Positions 42,733 to 52,653 are shown, numbered from the stretch's first letter. The stretch is DNA of 64,000 nucleotides from Thermodesulfovibrionales bacterium (GCA_041658585.1 JBAZZX010000004.1:38286-102285); one strand, 5' to 3'. The notes: generated by a model not told the origin, from the letters alone. Numbers and translations: made by a program.

Positions 42733-45099
42733 TTATTTTAAAGTCGCTATCGTTACTCCGATGCCGCCTTCTTCTATTGTCCCGCTTCTGAATTTCTTTA
42801 CCAACGGATGGTCGGTCATATGTTCATGGATTGCCCTGCGCAATAAACCCTTGCCTACGCCGTGAATGATGACCAACTCCCGCATGTCGGCTAATGCTGC
42901 ATGGTTGAGAAATTGCTCAAGTTCGGAGAGCGCTTCGTCCACCCGTTTTCCGACAAGATGTATTTTGGTAGAAACAGAGGCTGCGTCCTTTGTTGAATGG
43001 ACGGTATCTGTTTGAGGAGGAAGGGGTTTACCCTTCTTAAAACCTATATCCGTCAAGGGAACTTCCACTTCCATATAGTTTGATGCGATTTTTATTCTGT
43101 TATTTTTTGGATTTACATCAACTACAATTGCATCATAGCCAAGGGACCTGACAAAGACCGAGTCTCCTTTTTTAATGTTATCTATTAGCGGAGCGCCGCG
43201 GTCTTCGACATCGTATTCCCTGATCTTTTCCGTGATATGTTCCAGCCGGGTTTCTACCTGTTTGATAGTCTTTCTTATCAGCTCTTTATCTTTGTTCTTG
43301 ATTTCTTCAAGCAGGGCGTGCATTTGTCTCTTTGCGTCGGAAATAATTTCAGAAGCCTCTTTAAACGCTTTTGTAAGCGTTTCTTTCTTTTTGCCTTCAG
43401 CCTCTGAAATGGTCAGGTCCAACAGCACGGTTTTTTCTTCCAGTTCCGTTTGCCGTTTCTGAATGTCCTTCAGCATATCTTCATAATGCAATCTCTTTTC
43501 ATTAAGGTCGGCGATCATATTGTCTAACTCTATCTTCATGCTGCCGAGCATGCCTTTTGCGTCCTTCAGGACATTTTCAGGAAGTCCGTACTTTCTTGCC
43601 GTCTCGATCGCATGCGACTGTCCCGGTTCTCCCGTTCTCAGTTTGTAAAGCGGCGTGAGAGTCTTTTGGTCGAACTCCATCGAAGCGTTCATCATTCCTT
43701 GGGTCCTGTGGACGAAGCCTTTGATATCCGCAAGATGAGTAGTGGCAAAAACAACCGCGCCGCTGCGCCGCAGATCCTGCAGGATTGCACATGCAAGGGC
43801 GGCGCCTTCTTCAGGGTCAGTGCCGGTGCCCAATTCGTCGATCAGAACAACGGTCTCTGAATCCGTCTTTTTCAGTATATCGGCGATATTTGTGATATGT
43901 GCGGAGAACGTGGAAAGGTTGTCCTCTATTGATTGTTCATCCCCGATGTCGGCAAGGAGATTCAGTGTCAGTGGGAAGCTCGACGAGGAGTCCGCAGGCA
44001 CGGGCATACCCGACAAGGCCATCAGAAAGAGAATGCCTATCGTTTTGATCGAGATCGTTTTCCCTCCGGCGTTTGCGCCTGTTATTACCATTACGGTATT
44101 ATCACCGCCCAATTCAACATCTAACGGTACGACCTGATTCTCCTTACCGCTCTTCTTCAGGGAGATCTGCAGAAGCGGATGCCTTGCCTGCCGCAGGGTA
44201 ATCGTATTTTCAGTATTTATCAGAGGAGTATGCATATGCAAAAGGTCGGCAAATTGAGCAATGCAGTTCAAGACGTCAAGATAAACAATGGTAATAAACT
44301 CGGCCTCCATTTCAGCCGCTACGCTTCTTATCTGAGAACAGATATTTCTGAGTATCCGGATCTCCTCGGCTTTTTGGTCCGCAACAATATTTTCCAGTTC
44401 ATTAGCAAGGTTGATAATGGCAAGCGGCTCGATAAAGGCGGTCTCGCCTGATTTTGAAACATCGTGCACGACGCCCGGCACCATCCCTTTTGAATCCATC
44501 CTGACCGGGATGACCCACCTGCCTGATCTTACGGTCACAAAATCATCCTGAATCAGGGATGCAATCCTCTCGTCCCTTACCATCTCCTCAAGATTCTTGC
44601 GTATTTTTGCTTCGAGATTTCTTATCTTTTTCCTCAGGTCCGCAAGTAGGAACGAAGCGCTGTCAAGGATATTCCCTTCGCTGCCGATAGATTTTCTGAG
44701 AAGCTTCAGAATGTCGGGAAATCCGGTAAGGTTATCAGTGAGTTCTATAAGATAGGGCAGGTCGAACCTTTCCTCTAAATCCTGAGATATGTCAAAGGCT
44801 ATGCTTAATACCGGAATGAATTCTGCAAGTTCTATCGCCTCAAGCACGGCGCCTTCAGGTTTTATCTTTGGGAAAAGGGGCGATATGTCCGAAAAGGGGT
44901 GCAGCTTAAGAGGTTTCCCCTGCTGCGACATCATGCGGATCTCGCTGATCTGTCTCTGCTTAGTTTCAACCTCTGCTTTGTCATACAGAGGCTCAATTTC
45001 CAAAACCGATTTACCTGACGCACTGCTGTTTGCAAACCCGGCAATCAGCCTGAGGAGCTTTGGGAATTCAAGGAGTTCAAGAGTGTTATCAGGGACCAT
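42733..45099 (-). CDS. mutS2: Endonuclease MutS2 (MutS domain V ATPase plus C-terminal Smr)
   Basis: 788 aa. Walker A GANAGGKT, DELGTGTDP, and Smr tail LVIIHGVGKGLLRRAI. Confidence 0.95.
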   Translation of the reverse strand: MVPDNTLELLEFPKLLRLIAGFANSSASGKSVLEIEPLYDKAEVETKQRQISEIRMMSQQGKPLKLHPFSDISPLFPKIKPEGAVLEAIELAEFIPVLSIAFDISQDLEERFDLPYLIELTDNLTGFPDILKLLRKSIGSEGNILDSASFLLADLRKKIRNLEAKIRKNLEEMVRDERIASLIQDDFVTVRSGRWVIPVRMDSKGMVPGVVHDVSKSGETAFIEPLAIINLANELENIVADQKAEEIRILRNICSQIRSVAAEMEAEFITIVYLDVLNCIAQFADLLHMHTPLINTENTITLRQARHPLLQISLKKSGKENQVVPLDVELGGDNTVMVITGANAGGKTISIKTIGILFLMALSGMPVPADSSSSFPLTLNLLADIGDEQSIEDNLSTFSAHITNIADILKKTDSETVVLIDELGTGTDPEEGAALACAILQDLRRSGAVVFATTHLADIKGFVHRTQGMMNASMEFDQKTLTPLYKLRTGEPGQSHAIETARKYGLPENVLKDAKGMLGSMKIELDNMIADLNEKRLHYEDMLKDIQKRQTELEEKTVLLDLTISEAEGKKKETLTKAFKEASEIISDAKRQMHALLEEIKNKDKELIRKTIKQVETRLEHITEKIREYDVEDRGAPLIDNIKKGDSVFVRSLGYDAIVVDVNPKNNRIKIASNYMEVEVPLTDIGFKKGKPLPPQTDTVHSTKDAASVSTKIHLVGKRVDEALSELEQFLNHAALADMRELVIIHGVGKGLLRRAIHEHMTDHPLVKKFRSGTIEEGGIGVTIATLK

Positions 45100-45100
45100 T

Positions 45101-46342
45101 TTATGGATTATAATACTTTTTCTTTTTTTTCATATACTCCTGTTCAACATGACCGCCGAAATCATGTGGGTATTTATATCCGACGCCGTGACCTAATTTC
45201 TTTGCGCCCGGATAATTACCGCTCTTTAAGGGGTCAGGGACTTCCATCGTCTTTTCCGTGGCGACGTCATTCCATGCCGCTTCAATTGCTTTGTAAGAGG
45301 CGTTGCTTTTGGGAGCTTTGGCAATATAGATTGCAGCCTGGGCAATGGGAATCCTCGCCTCGGGCATTCCGACGAATTCAACCGCTCTCAAAGCCGATAT
45401 GGCAAGGACCAATGCCATAGGATCGGCATTCCCGACGTCTTCGGAGGCGCAAATAACGATCCTCCTTGCAATGAAACGCGGGTCTTCTCCCGCATATAAC
45501 ATCTTTGCAAGATAGTATACTGCGGCATCAGGGTCGGAACCTCTCATGCTTTTGATAAACGCGGATATAGTATCATAATGCTGATCGCCTTTTTTGTCGT
45601 AGACTATAACCTTTTTCTGAATGGATTCTTCGGCAATCCCAATATTGATCTGTATTTGGCCGTTATCATCCGGAGGTGTTGTGAGCGCCGCGATCTCAAG
45701 TGCCGACAGGGCTTTCCTTGCATCTCCGTCAGACATCCTCGCGATATGTTTCAAAGCAGTTTCATCAACCGAAACATTGAGATTACCGAGGCCGCGCTCT
45801 TTATCACGGACTGCGTTCCGCAAAATATTTAAGATATCATCTTCAGAGAGCGGTTTCAGTTCAAAAATCTGGCTCCTTGAAAGCAGAGCGGAATTTACAT
45901 AAAAGAACGGGTTTTCCACTGTAGCTGCAATTAGAATAATGTTCCCTTCTTCAACGTCGGGGAGTAGCGCGTCCTGCTGAAGTTTATTAAAACGGTGGAT
46001 TTCATCCAAAAACAGAATGGTCTTTATGCCCTTGGACTTCCTGTTTTTTGCGCTTTGAATGACCTTTCTTATCTCTTCAAGCCCTATAGTTGCGGCGTTC
46101 AGCCATTCAAAACGGGCATCGGTCTTCTTTGCGATAATTCGTGCAAGAGCCGTCTTGCCTGTACCCGGCGGCCCATACAGGATTATCGATGTGATCCTGT
46201 CAGACTCGATGGCCCGTCTTAATAATTTACCCGGAGAGAGGATATGTCCCTGCCCGACATATTCGTCCAATGTCCGGGGGCACATGCGATAGGCAAGCGG
46301 CTGAGGTATACTCGCATCCTCTTTTTCCTGAAATAGTTCCAT
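45101..46342 (-). CDS. rarA: Replication-associated recombination protein A (RarA/MgsA AAA+ ATPase)
   Basis: 413 aa. LYGPPGTGKT, FLDEIHRFNK, and C-terminal MgsA domain (HYDTISAFIKSMRGSDPDAA). Confidence 0.95.
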   Translation of the reverse strand: MELFQEKEDASIPQPLAYRMCPRTLDEYVGQGHILSPGKLLRRAIESDRITSIILYGPPGTGKTALARIIAKKTDARFEWLNAATIGLEEIRKVIQSAKNRKSKGIKTILFLDEIHRFNKLQQDALLPDVEEGNIILIAATVENPFFYVNSALLSRSQIFELKPLSEDDILNILRNAVRDKERGLGNLNVSVDETALKHIARMSDGDARKALSALEIAALTTPPDDNGQIQINIGIAEESIQKKVIVYDKKGDQHYDTISAFIKSMRGSDPDAAVYYLAKMLYAGEDPRFIARRIVICASEDVGNADPMALVLAISALRAVEFVGMPEARIPIAQAAIYIAKAPKSNASYKAIEAAWNDVATEKTMEVPDPLKSGNYPGAKKLGHGVGYKYPHDFGGHVEQEYMKKKKKYYNP

Positions 46343-46379
46343 GTCTTATGTTCACCGATGCAGGCCTAAATTTTCAAGG

Positions 46380-46512
46380 GAGCTTCTTGCAAAAGTATCT
46401 AAATTGTCACCCTGAGCTTGTCGAAGGGTCACATAACTTATTGATTAGTCATGATTCTTCGACAAGCTCAGAATGACATAAGCGTTGCTTTAAGGACTTT
46501 TGCAAGAGGCTC
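46380..46512. repeat. Nested palindromic intergenic element (CTGAGCTTGTCGAAG type)
   Basis: Outer inverted repeat GAGCTTCTTGCAAAAGT / GACTTTTGCAAGAGGCTC. Inner inverted repeat TGTCACCCTGAGCTTGTCGAAGGGTCA / TGATTCTTCGACAAGCTCAGAATGACA. Confidence 0.7.
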
Positions 46513-46628
46513 AAGGTATAGATATTATTGGTAATAATATGGAGTCGCCTAAAAGCTTTTTTATCATATCTTTATTTCACATTGAGGACTTGTTTATACA
46601 ACGTTTAGGCCCATAAAATTGTTATAAT

Positions 46629-47507
46629 TTGGGAAATACTATTTGGGAAGCAATAAAATTGAAAATAACGAATACAGGTTCCTTTTATATACTTGCCGCA
46701 ATTTTTCTCTGGAGTTCCCTCGGGGTTTTTGTAAGGCTTTCAGGGGTTGAAATCCATATCCTTATTTTCTGTTCCCTTATTGTAGCTATTTTTGTTCAGG
46801 GTCTTCTGCTTTCACGGAAGAAGTACCGGAAAGAGATCCCCGGTTTCGGAAAGCTTGGGTATCCCCTTATGCTCGGCTTCGTGTCCCTCATCAATACGTT
46901 CACGTTTTATTATGCGTATAAAAATACCACCATAGCGAATGCCGTTTTGACCCATTATACTGCGCCGGTGATCGTTGCGTTTCTTGCGCCATTTTTTCTC
47001 AGGGAAAAAATTACCATTAAAATCGCCGCCGTGATCGCCATAGCATCTATCGGTCTATGGATTATGCTTGACGGATTCTCATTGCATACAGGTCATACTG
47101 CAGGCATTATATCGGGACTCGTGTCGGGGGTTGCCTATGCAGTTATTGTTATATTTGTCCGGAAATATGCAAAGGATTTCCATCCCCTTGTCCTGACATT
47201 TATAATTAATATATGTATTGCGGCGCTCCTCGTCCCGTTTGTCCGGGAAATCCCTCTGCATGCGTGGCGGAGCTATCTGTTCATGGGTATCGTCCATTCG
47301 ACTATTGCTCCAATACTTTATTACAAAGGACTTCAATCGGTAACAGCCAATAAGGCCGCCGTTCTCGGTTATCTTGAGCCTGTCTGTGCCATTCTTTTCA
47401 GTATGATTTTCCTGAACGAAATACCGGGCTTTAATTCATTGATCGGCGGTGCGCTGATAATTTTTTCAGGGTATTTGACGTTATTTAACGGAAAGACTCA
47501 AAATTGA
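46629..47507 (+). CDS. EamA/DMT-family transporter
   Basis: 292 aa, about 10 hydrophobic helices in two EamA-like halves. Start uncertain (TTG at 46629; no early ATG). Confidence 0.75.
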   Translation: MGNTIWEAIKLKITNTGSFYILAAIFLWSSLGVFVRLSGVEIHILIFCSLIVAIFVQGLLLSRKKYRKEIPGFGKLGYPLMLGFVSLINTFTFYYAYKNTTIANAVLTHYTAPVIVAFLAPFFLREKITIKIAAVIAIASIGLWIMLDGFSLHTGHTAGIISGLVSGVAYAVIVIFVRKYAKDFHPLVLTFIINICIAALLVPFVREIPLHAWRSYLFMGIVHSTIAPILYYKGLQSVTANKAAVLGYLEPVCAILFSMIFLNEIPGFNSLIGGALIIFSGYLTLFNGKTQN

Positions 47508-47866
47508 TATCTACTGACCCGGCTTGATGAGTTTTATTTTGGAGCCTTTGAATGCTTCTTTGTATCCTTCTTTTTCGATGATTGATGCAAGATGGATTTC
47601 TAATTCACTCACAATGTCTTTTTCCATTTGATCCCTGTGCTTTTCGATAATATCTGTCAATTCTATTTGAAGTATTCAGCGGGTATTTAGCCACAAGACA
47701 AGGCCTGACACACTTATCTTGCTCTATATGTTGCCATGAAAATCTTCACATATTATTGGGCGGTTTCTCCCAAATCTTCTGCAATAGCCTGGAACTGGAC
47801 TAAGGCAGCCTGGAGGTCTTCGACAATTTCACGGGCGATGAGGGCGAGGTGACCTCGCCCCTACAA

Positions 47867-48268
47867 TTAAACGGTCCAGTCTATAACCTTTAAATGTTTT
47901 ATTTTCCGGAACTCTCTTGCGTTATTGGTTACAAGGGTAAGACCAAGACTCAGTGCGTGTGCGCCTATTAGCATATCCATTGAACCTATTGGATTCCCTG
48001 CTTTTTCGAGCGCCGCCCTTATATCGCCATAAACTTTGGCAGCCTTTTCGTCAAAATCAGCAATCTCAAGGGGTAGAATAAAGGCATCCAGAGCCTCCTG
48101 GTTTTTCTGAATATACTGACTTTTTGCAACACCAAACCTAAGCTCTGCGAGTGTTATGGATGAGATACCAATTTCTCCAACAGAATATGCCTTGAAATAT
48201 TTCAACACCTTCGTAGGTTTCTGCTTGATAATGTAAATGCAGATATTGGTATCCAGCATAAACTTCAT
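47867..48268 (-). CDS. vapC: PIN-domain toxin VapC
   Basis: 133 aa. MLDTNICIYIIK N-terminus with conserved acidic residues. 1-nt overlap with vapB. Confidence 0.9.
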   Translation of the reverse strand: MKFMLDTNICIYIIKQKPTKVLKYFKAYSVGEIGISSITLAELRFGVAKSQYIQKNQEALDAFILPLEIADFDEKAAKVYGDIRAALEKAGNPIGSMDMLIGAHALSLGLTLVTNNAREFRKIKHLKVIDWTV

Positions 48269-48495
48269 CAGAATATATCCCTTGTCTGACCTTTGGGTTG
48301 CTTTCTCTCAGTCATAAAATCATCAGAAAACTTGTCGAGACTTTCAAACAGCGACTCCCAAGAGTCTTTTGCAGGAATCAACATGACAACATTGCCTGAT
48401 TTTTTAACATATACGTGGTCGTCTTTAAACCTGAACTCTTTTGGTAATCTGACAGCCTGGCTTTGCCCGTTCTGAAATATCTTTGCAGTCTTCAT
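48268..48495 (-). CDS. vapB: AbrB/SpoVT-type antitoxin VapB
   Basis: 75 aa. KIFQNGQSQAVRLPKEFRF. Confidence 0.85.
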   Translation of the reverse strand: MKTAKIFQNGQSQAVRLPKEFRFKDDHVYVKKSGNVVMLIPAKDSWESLFESLDKFSDDFMTERKQPKGQTRDIF

Positions 48496-48936
48496 ACATC
48501 ACCTCCTGCCAATAGTATATATTGATAATATATATTAATCAAGAAGTCTTAAAGAAAACTACGCCGCGAGCACCTCATTCAATTCATCCAGCAAAGGCCA
48601 CAAACCTTCACCGAAAAGCTGGTAGGCTTTACCGATTCCGCCTTTTTCTTTGTGAGAATATCGCACCGAAAGTCTGAGGACCGCGCCGTTTCTTTCTATG
48701 TGATGTCCTCAACTGATACTTAATCTGACATGTTTGTAAACTCAAATCTTATCTATTACATTTTATCCCCGGGCCTGATTTATTTTTTCTATTTGCCGAG
48801 ACAAGCGGGTGTCTGTTGCGCTTCTGACAAAAAAGGAGTTTGAAAGGATTTCACAGATTGCGATTGTGGAGGGGACGAAGTAATGTTCCCTAATATGTCA
48901 AAATACCTATATAATTTAAAGAAGGAGGTATAACAA

Positions 48937-49191
48937 ATGAAAGCGTTTAAATATGTGATCTACAGAGAAGGAAAATATTATGTTTCTCAGTGCCTGAATA
49001 TAGATATCGCCAGCTGCGGTGATACTATTGAAGAGGCCCTAAGCAACCTTAAAGATGCAGTTGAGCTATATTTTCGCAATGAGCCAAAAAAGAAACTTTC
49101 CGCTGCGCTGGAAATCTCGTACCTACTTGATTTTATTTGGTACCGAAGGCCGGACTTGAACCGGCACGCCATTGCTGACGAGGGATTTTAA
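48937..49191 (+). pseudogene. HicB-like antitoxin gene whose reading frame runs into the tRNA-Leu gene (probably truncated or fused remnant)
   Basis: The first ~50 aa (MKAFKYVIYREGKYYVSQCLNIDIASCGDTIEEALSNLKDAVELYF) match the HicB/UPF0150 fold. The last 18 codons are the antisense of tRNA-Leu (49138-49191). No hicA partner. Confidence 0.5.
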
Positions 49192-49224
49192 GTCCCTTGC
49201 GTCTACCAATTCCGCCACTTCGGC
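49138..49224 (-). tRNA. tRNA-Leu (anticodon UAA), class II with long variable arm
   Basis: The reverse complement reads GCCGAAG-TG-GCG-GAATTGGTAGA-CGC-A-AGGGA-CTTAAAA-TCCCT-CGTCAGCAATGGCGT-GCCGG-TTCAAGT-CCGGC-CTTCGGT-A-CCA. All arms pair; position 1-72 is G-U. Confidence 0.9.
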
Positions 49225-49266
49225 ACAGTTGATTTTAGACGATTTGCAATGGTTTGGTCAAACTTC

Positions 49267-49554
49267 TCAGAAATTCCCGAATAAATCTTTCAGTTTTTTC
49301 AATGCATCCTCTTTATCTCCGGATGATGAAGAAGACGCCGTTTCTTTAAAGACAAAATAATCGCAGAAATTTGCTTTGTCCCTTGTCCGCTGGAATTCCG
49401 CCTTAGTTTCAAGGCATTTGTTGTGACTTGATTCCGAATAGAATTTGCAATTAAGGCATATGTGGAGTTCTCTGCCGCATTTCGTACATGTGGATTTACG
49501 CGAAAAATATTTGTCAATCTGAGTTTCTTTTCCGCAAAGGGCGCAGATATTCAT
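49267..49554 (-). CDS. Cys-rich zinc-ribbon protein
   Basis: Start taken at MNICALCGKE (49554). CxxC...CxxC...CxxC pattern and a Ser-rich C-terminal tail. Confidence 0.6.
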   Translation of the reverse strand: MNICALCGKETQIDKYFSRKSTCTKCGRELHICLNCKFYSESSHNKCLETKAEFQRTRDKANFCDYFVFKETASSSSSGDKEDALKKLKDLFGNF

Positions 49555-49667
49555 CTCAAAAACCTCCTGATGCCATAAAATGCTACACCCCACTGCCCCT
49601 CTTTTAAAAGGGTGCAGGGGGGGTGTTATAAAAACTATTTTAAACGGGCATATGTCCCGCAAAAACC

Positions 49668-49952
49668 CTATTGAATGTTCTTTATAAATTCACTTATCGG
49701 TATTGCCGACAGCGTAAGGAGCTGTACCGAACCTCTTGCTCCGAGTTCAACGGACATTTTCATGATAGCAGCATTGTCAGGGGCCTCAACGATATTTACA
49801 AAATCATACGGTCCGAGAACGGCAAACTGTTCTTTCACTTTTATGCCCATTTTGGCAAGTTCCTTGTTGACCTCGAGTATTCTTTTGGGATTCTCCTTGA
49901 TAGTTTTTCTTCCTTCATCCGTTAAAGTGCTTAAAATAACATAATAAGCCAT
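49668..49952 (-). CDS. GYD-domain protein
   Basis: 94 aa. MAYYVILSTLTDEG...LGPYDFVNIVEAPD is typical of the GYD family. Confidence 0.8.
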   Translation of the reverse strand: MAYYVILSTLTDEGRKTIKENPKRILEVNKELAKMGIKVKEQFAVLGPYDFVNIVEAPDNAAIMKMSVELGARGSVQLLTLSAIPISEFIKNIQ

Positions 49953-49972
49953 GACTACCTCCTTTTTGGTTT

Positions 49973-51667
49973 TTATATGAGATGCACGGTTTTGTTCCTG
50001 CCGCTTTTTTTCGCCTGATACATTGCACTGTCCGTTCGTTTTACGAAGCTTTTCATATCGTCGTGAGGATGAAATTCAGTGACACCGAGGCTGACGGTTT
50101 TGGTGACAATTTCGGGGTGACCGTCGAGGGTAAAGGGATAAAACTCGGCCTGCGCAACTGTTCTGCGTATCCTTTCCGCCACAATAATAGCGTCCGGATA
50201 TTTTGTTTCCGGTAAAAGGACCGAGAATTCTTCGCCTCCGTACCTGAAGGCCTTATCAATGTCCCTTACGCTTCTCAGGATAATCTCTCCTATTGTTTTG
50301 AGAACGAAATCTCCTTCCCAATGCCCGTATTTATCATTAAATTCTTTAAAAAAGTCTATATCAAGAAACAGCATAGATAAAGGCCTGCTATGTCTCTTTG
50401 CCCTTTCGATCTCTTTAGTGATTTCATCGTAGAAATATCTCTGATTAAAAAGGCCGGTGAGGTCATCGGTTATTATGAGACGCTGCAGTTCCGCTTCGGT
50501 TTTTTTCCTTTCAGTAATGTCTCTGAGGGTAACAAGCGCGGCGGGTTTGTCTTCAAACCGAATGTGGGTCAACAAGACTTCCATGTATATGCCTTCTTCA
50601 TTTTTGGAAACCATTCTCAGTTCAAGCGGTGATTCGATGGATTTGCAAGCGATTATTTTTTTGAGGTTCTCTGAAAACAATTCTCTGCTTTCGGGATAGA
50701 AAAACCTGAGAATATCCTTGCCTACCATCTCTTTCTCGTAATAATTCAGGATTTTAAGCAGGTTCGGATTGACGAATTGAATAAGTCCGTCCCGGACAAT
50801 CATAATCCCTTCGAGCGCCTGCTCTACGAGGGTCCTGTATTTCAATTCCGATTCCACCAGGGCTTTTGATTTTTCCTTAAGCATATTTTTTAAAATAGCG
50901 ATATAATCGGACCTTAAATTCTTGATAATATCACTCTTTGTAATTATGCCTATTGCATCACCGTTGTAATCGACAATTGTAAGGCTTCTTGTGCCGTTTT
51001 CATCCATGAACTTGACGGCGTCATAGAGATTGATATCTTTATTGGCGGTAACGACGGGCGAGCCCATTATATTTTCAATATTATTTGAGATAGCATCCTC
51101 TGCTATCGCTCTGGTGATGTCACGCTCCGCAATTATCCCTGCCGGTTTATTCCCTTTGAGTACCAAAACGCAGCTTATCCGGTTGTCCGCCATGAGCGAT
51201 ACGGCTTTTGTAAGGGTGTCGTTTTCACCGACGGCGAATATTTTACGGTTCATTATCTGCTCCGCTGTTTTGAAGCTCACAAAGGAGTCAATGCTCAGGT
51301 TTTTGATAATATCAGTCTGTGTGACGATCCCGATTACCTTATGTTCATCATCAACCACTACGAGTCTTCTAAGGCTGTTGATGACCATAAGGTTGGCCGC
51401 CTCGGGGACCTCGGTCTCTTCAGAAACGGCAATTACCGGGCTTCTCATCACAGATTGCAACTGGACGGTATCAAATTCAACGTTGTTTCCCTTCAAGAAA
51501 ATAATGTCCCTCTCGGTTAAAATGCCTATAGGCTTGCCGTCTTTTATGATAACAATGCAACTCACATTATGGGAGTTCATTTTTTTAACGGCGGATTTTA
51601 GGGATTCATCAGGCCCCAACGTAATCACGTCTCTGGACATGATCACTTTTATAGTATGTAATTCCAT
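49973..51667 (-). CDS. CBS x4 - PAS - GGDEF diguanylate cyclase
   Basis: 564 aa. Two CBS pairs, a PAS domain closed by LRDITERKKTE, an intact GGEEF motif, and an RDID I-site-like RxxD five residues upstream of it. Confidence 0.9.
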   Translation of the reverse strand: MELHTIKVIMSRDVITLGPDESLKSAVKKMNSHNVSCIVIIKDGKPIGILTERDIIFLKGNNVEFDTVQLQSVMRSPVIAVSEETEVPEAANLMVINSLRRLVVVDDEHKVIGIVTQTDIIKNLSIDSFVSFKTAEQIMNRKIFAVGENDTLTKAVSLMADNRISCVLVLKGNKPAGIIAERDITRAIAEDAISNNIENIMGSPVVTANKDINLYDAVKFMDENGTRSLTIVDYNGDAIGIITKSDIIKNLRSDYIAILKNMLKEKSKALVESELKYRTLVEQALEGIMIVRDGLIQFVNPNLLKILNYYEKEMVGKDILRFFYPESRELFSENLKKIIACKSIESPLELRMVSKNEEGIYMEVLLTHIRFEDKPAALVTLRDITERKKTEAELQRLIITDDLTGLFNQRYFYDEITKEIERAKRHSRPLSMLFLDIDFFKEFNDKYGHWEGDFVLKTIGEIILRSVRDIDKAFRYGGEEFSVLLPETKYPDAIIVAERIRRTVAQAEFYPFTLDGHPEIVTKTVSLGVTEFHPHDDMKSFVKRTDSAMYQAKKSGRNKTVHLI

Positions 51668-51787
51668 TAATCCTCCTGAAAAATGTTTCTTCCGGCATTC
51701 CCGTGGGTGTTATAACCACAGAGGCACGGAGATACGGAACTGCTGTGGAGAATCGCTTTTTTAGTTATGAACAAATTATATCTTAAA

Positions 51788-51818
51788 TTGACATTTCTTG
51801 ATAGTCTTTGCTTAAATT
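51788..51818 (+). promoter_or_regulatory. Candidate promoter placing the transcription start at or near the nifU AUG (possible leaderless mRNA)
   Basis: TTGACA at 51788-51793, 18-nt spacer, TTAAAT at 51812-51817, then ATG at 51823. No Shine-Dalgarno sequence before the ATG. Confidence 0.35.
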
Positions 51819-51822
51819 AAGC

Positions 51823-52653
51823 ATGTGGGATTATACGGACAAGGTAAGAGAATTCTTTCTGAACCCGAAAAATATCGGTGAAGTTGAAAATCCTGACGGC
51901 GTAGGCGACGTCGGTAGCATTGTCTGCGGTGACGCGCTTCGGTTAACGCTCAGGATTGATAAAGAAACGAACAGGATTACGGACGCAAAATTCCAGACCT
52001 TCGGCTGCGCAAGCGCCATAGCAAGCTCATCGGCGCTTACAGAGCTTATCAAAGGTAAAACGGTTGATGAGGCCCTGAAGGTAACAAATCAGGACATCGC
52101 CGATTTTTTAGGCGGACTTCCAAAAGAAAAGATGCACTGTTCGGTAATGGGAAGAGAGGCTTTGGAAGCGGCGGTTGCAAACTATAAAGGCATACCGGTA
52201 ACTATCGAGGAAGAAGGAAAGTTAGTTTGCAAATGTTTCAATGTAACGGAAGAGAAGATAAGAAAAGTTGCGATAGAAAATCATCTCACAACCGTGGATG
52301 AGATTACTGATTTTACAAAGGCAGGCGGCGGCTGCGGCGAGTGCAAGCCTGAGATAGAAGAGATATTGAGGGACATATGGTCGCTGAAAACTCCGGAAAA
52401 GCCGTCAGCGCCCAAAAAGCTTACAAACCTGCAGAAGATTGCTCTGATACAGGAGATTATCGAAAGGGAAATCAGGCCCGGACTTCAGGCAGACGGAGGA
52501 GATATTGAATTGATCGATATTGACGGTAATAAAGTGGCAGTGGCGCTTCGCGGCATGTGTACGGGCTGTGTGATGTCCGGAGTGACACTGGAAGGTATCC
52601 AGTCCAAGCTCAGGGAATTAGTCAGCGACGGCATTGTTGTGGAGGCCCAATGA
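51823..52653 (+). CDS. nifU: Full-length NifU Fe-S cluster scaffold (IscU-like N-domain, central 2Fe-2S domain, Nfu C-domain)
   Basis: Start at MWDYTDKVREFFLNPKNIG, the canonical NifU N-terminus. CGDALRL, FGCASAIASS, CKCF...GGGCGEC and GMCTGC boxes. Confidence 0.9.
   Translation: MWDYTDKVREFFLNPKNIGEVENPDGVGDVGSIVCGDALRLTLRIDKETNRITDAKFQTFGCASAIASSSALTELIKGKTVDEALKVTNQDIADFLGGLPKEKMHCSVMGREALEAAVANYKGIPVTIEEEGKLVCKCFNVTEEKIRKVAIENHLTTVDEITDFTKAGGGCGECKPEIEEILRDIWSLKTPEKPSAPKKLTNLQKIALIQEIIEREIRPGLQADGGDIELIDIDGNKVAVALRGMCTGCVMSGVTLEGIQSKLRELVSDGIVVEAQ

Noticed and set aside
51030-51764. 244-aa plus-strand ORF
   Set aside because: It is antisense to the CBS-PAS-GGDEF gene. It is an S/L/I/T-rich low-complexity translation with no start context, so it is a shadow ORF.
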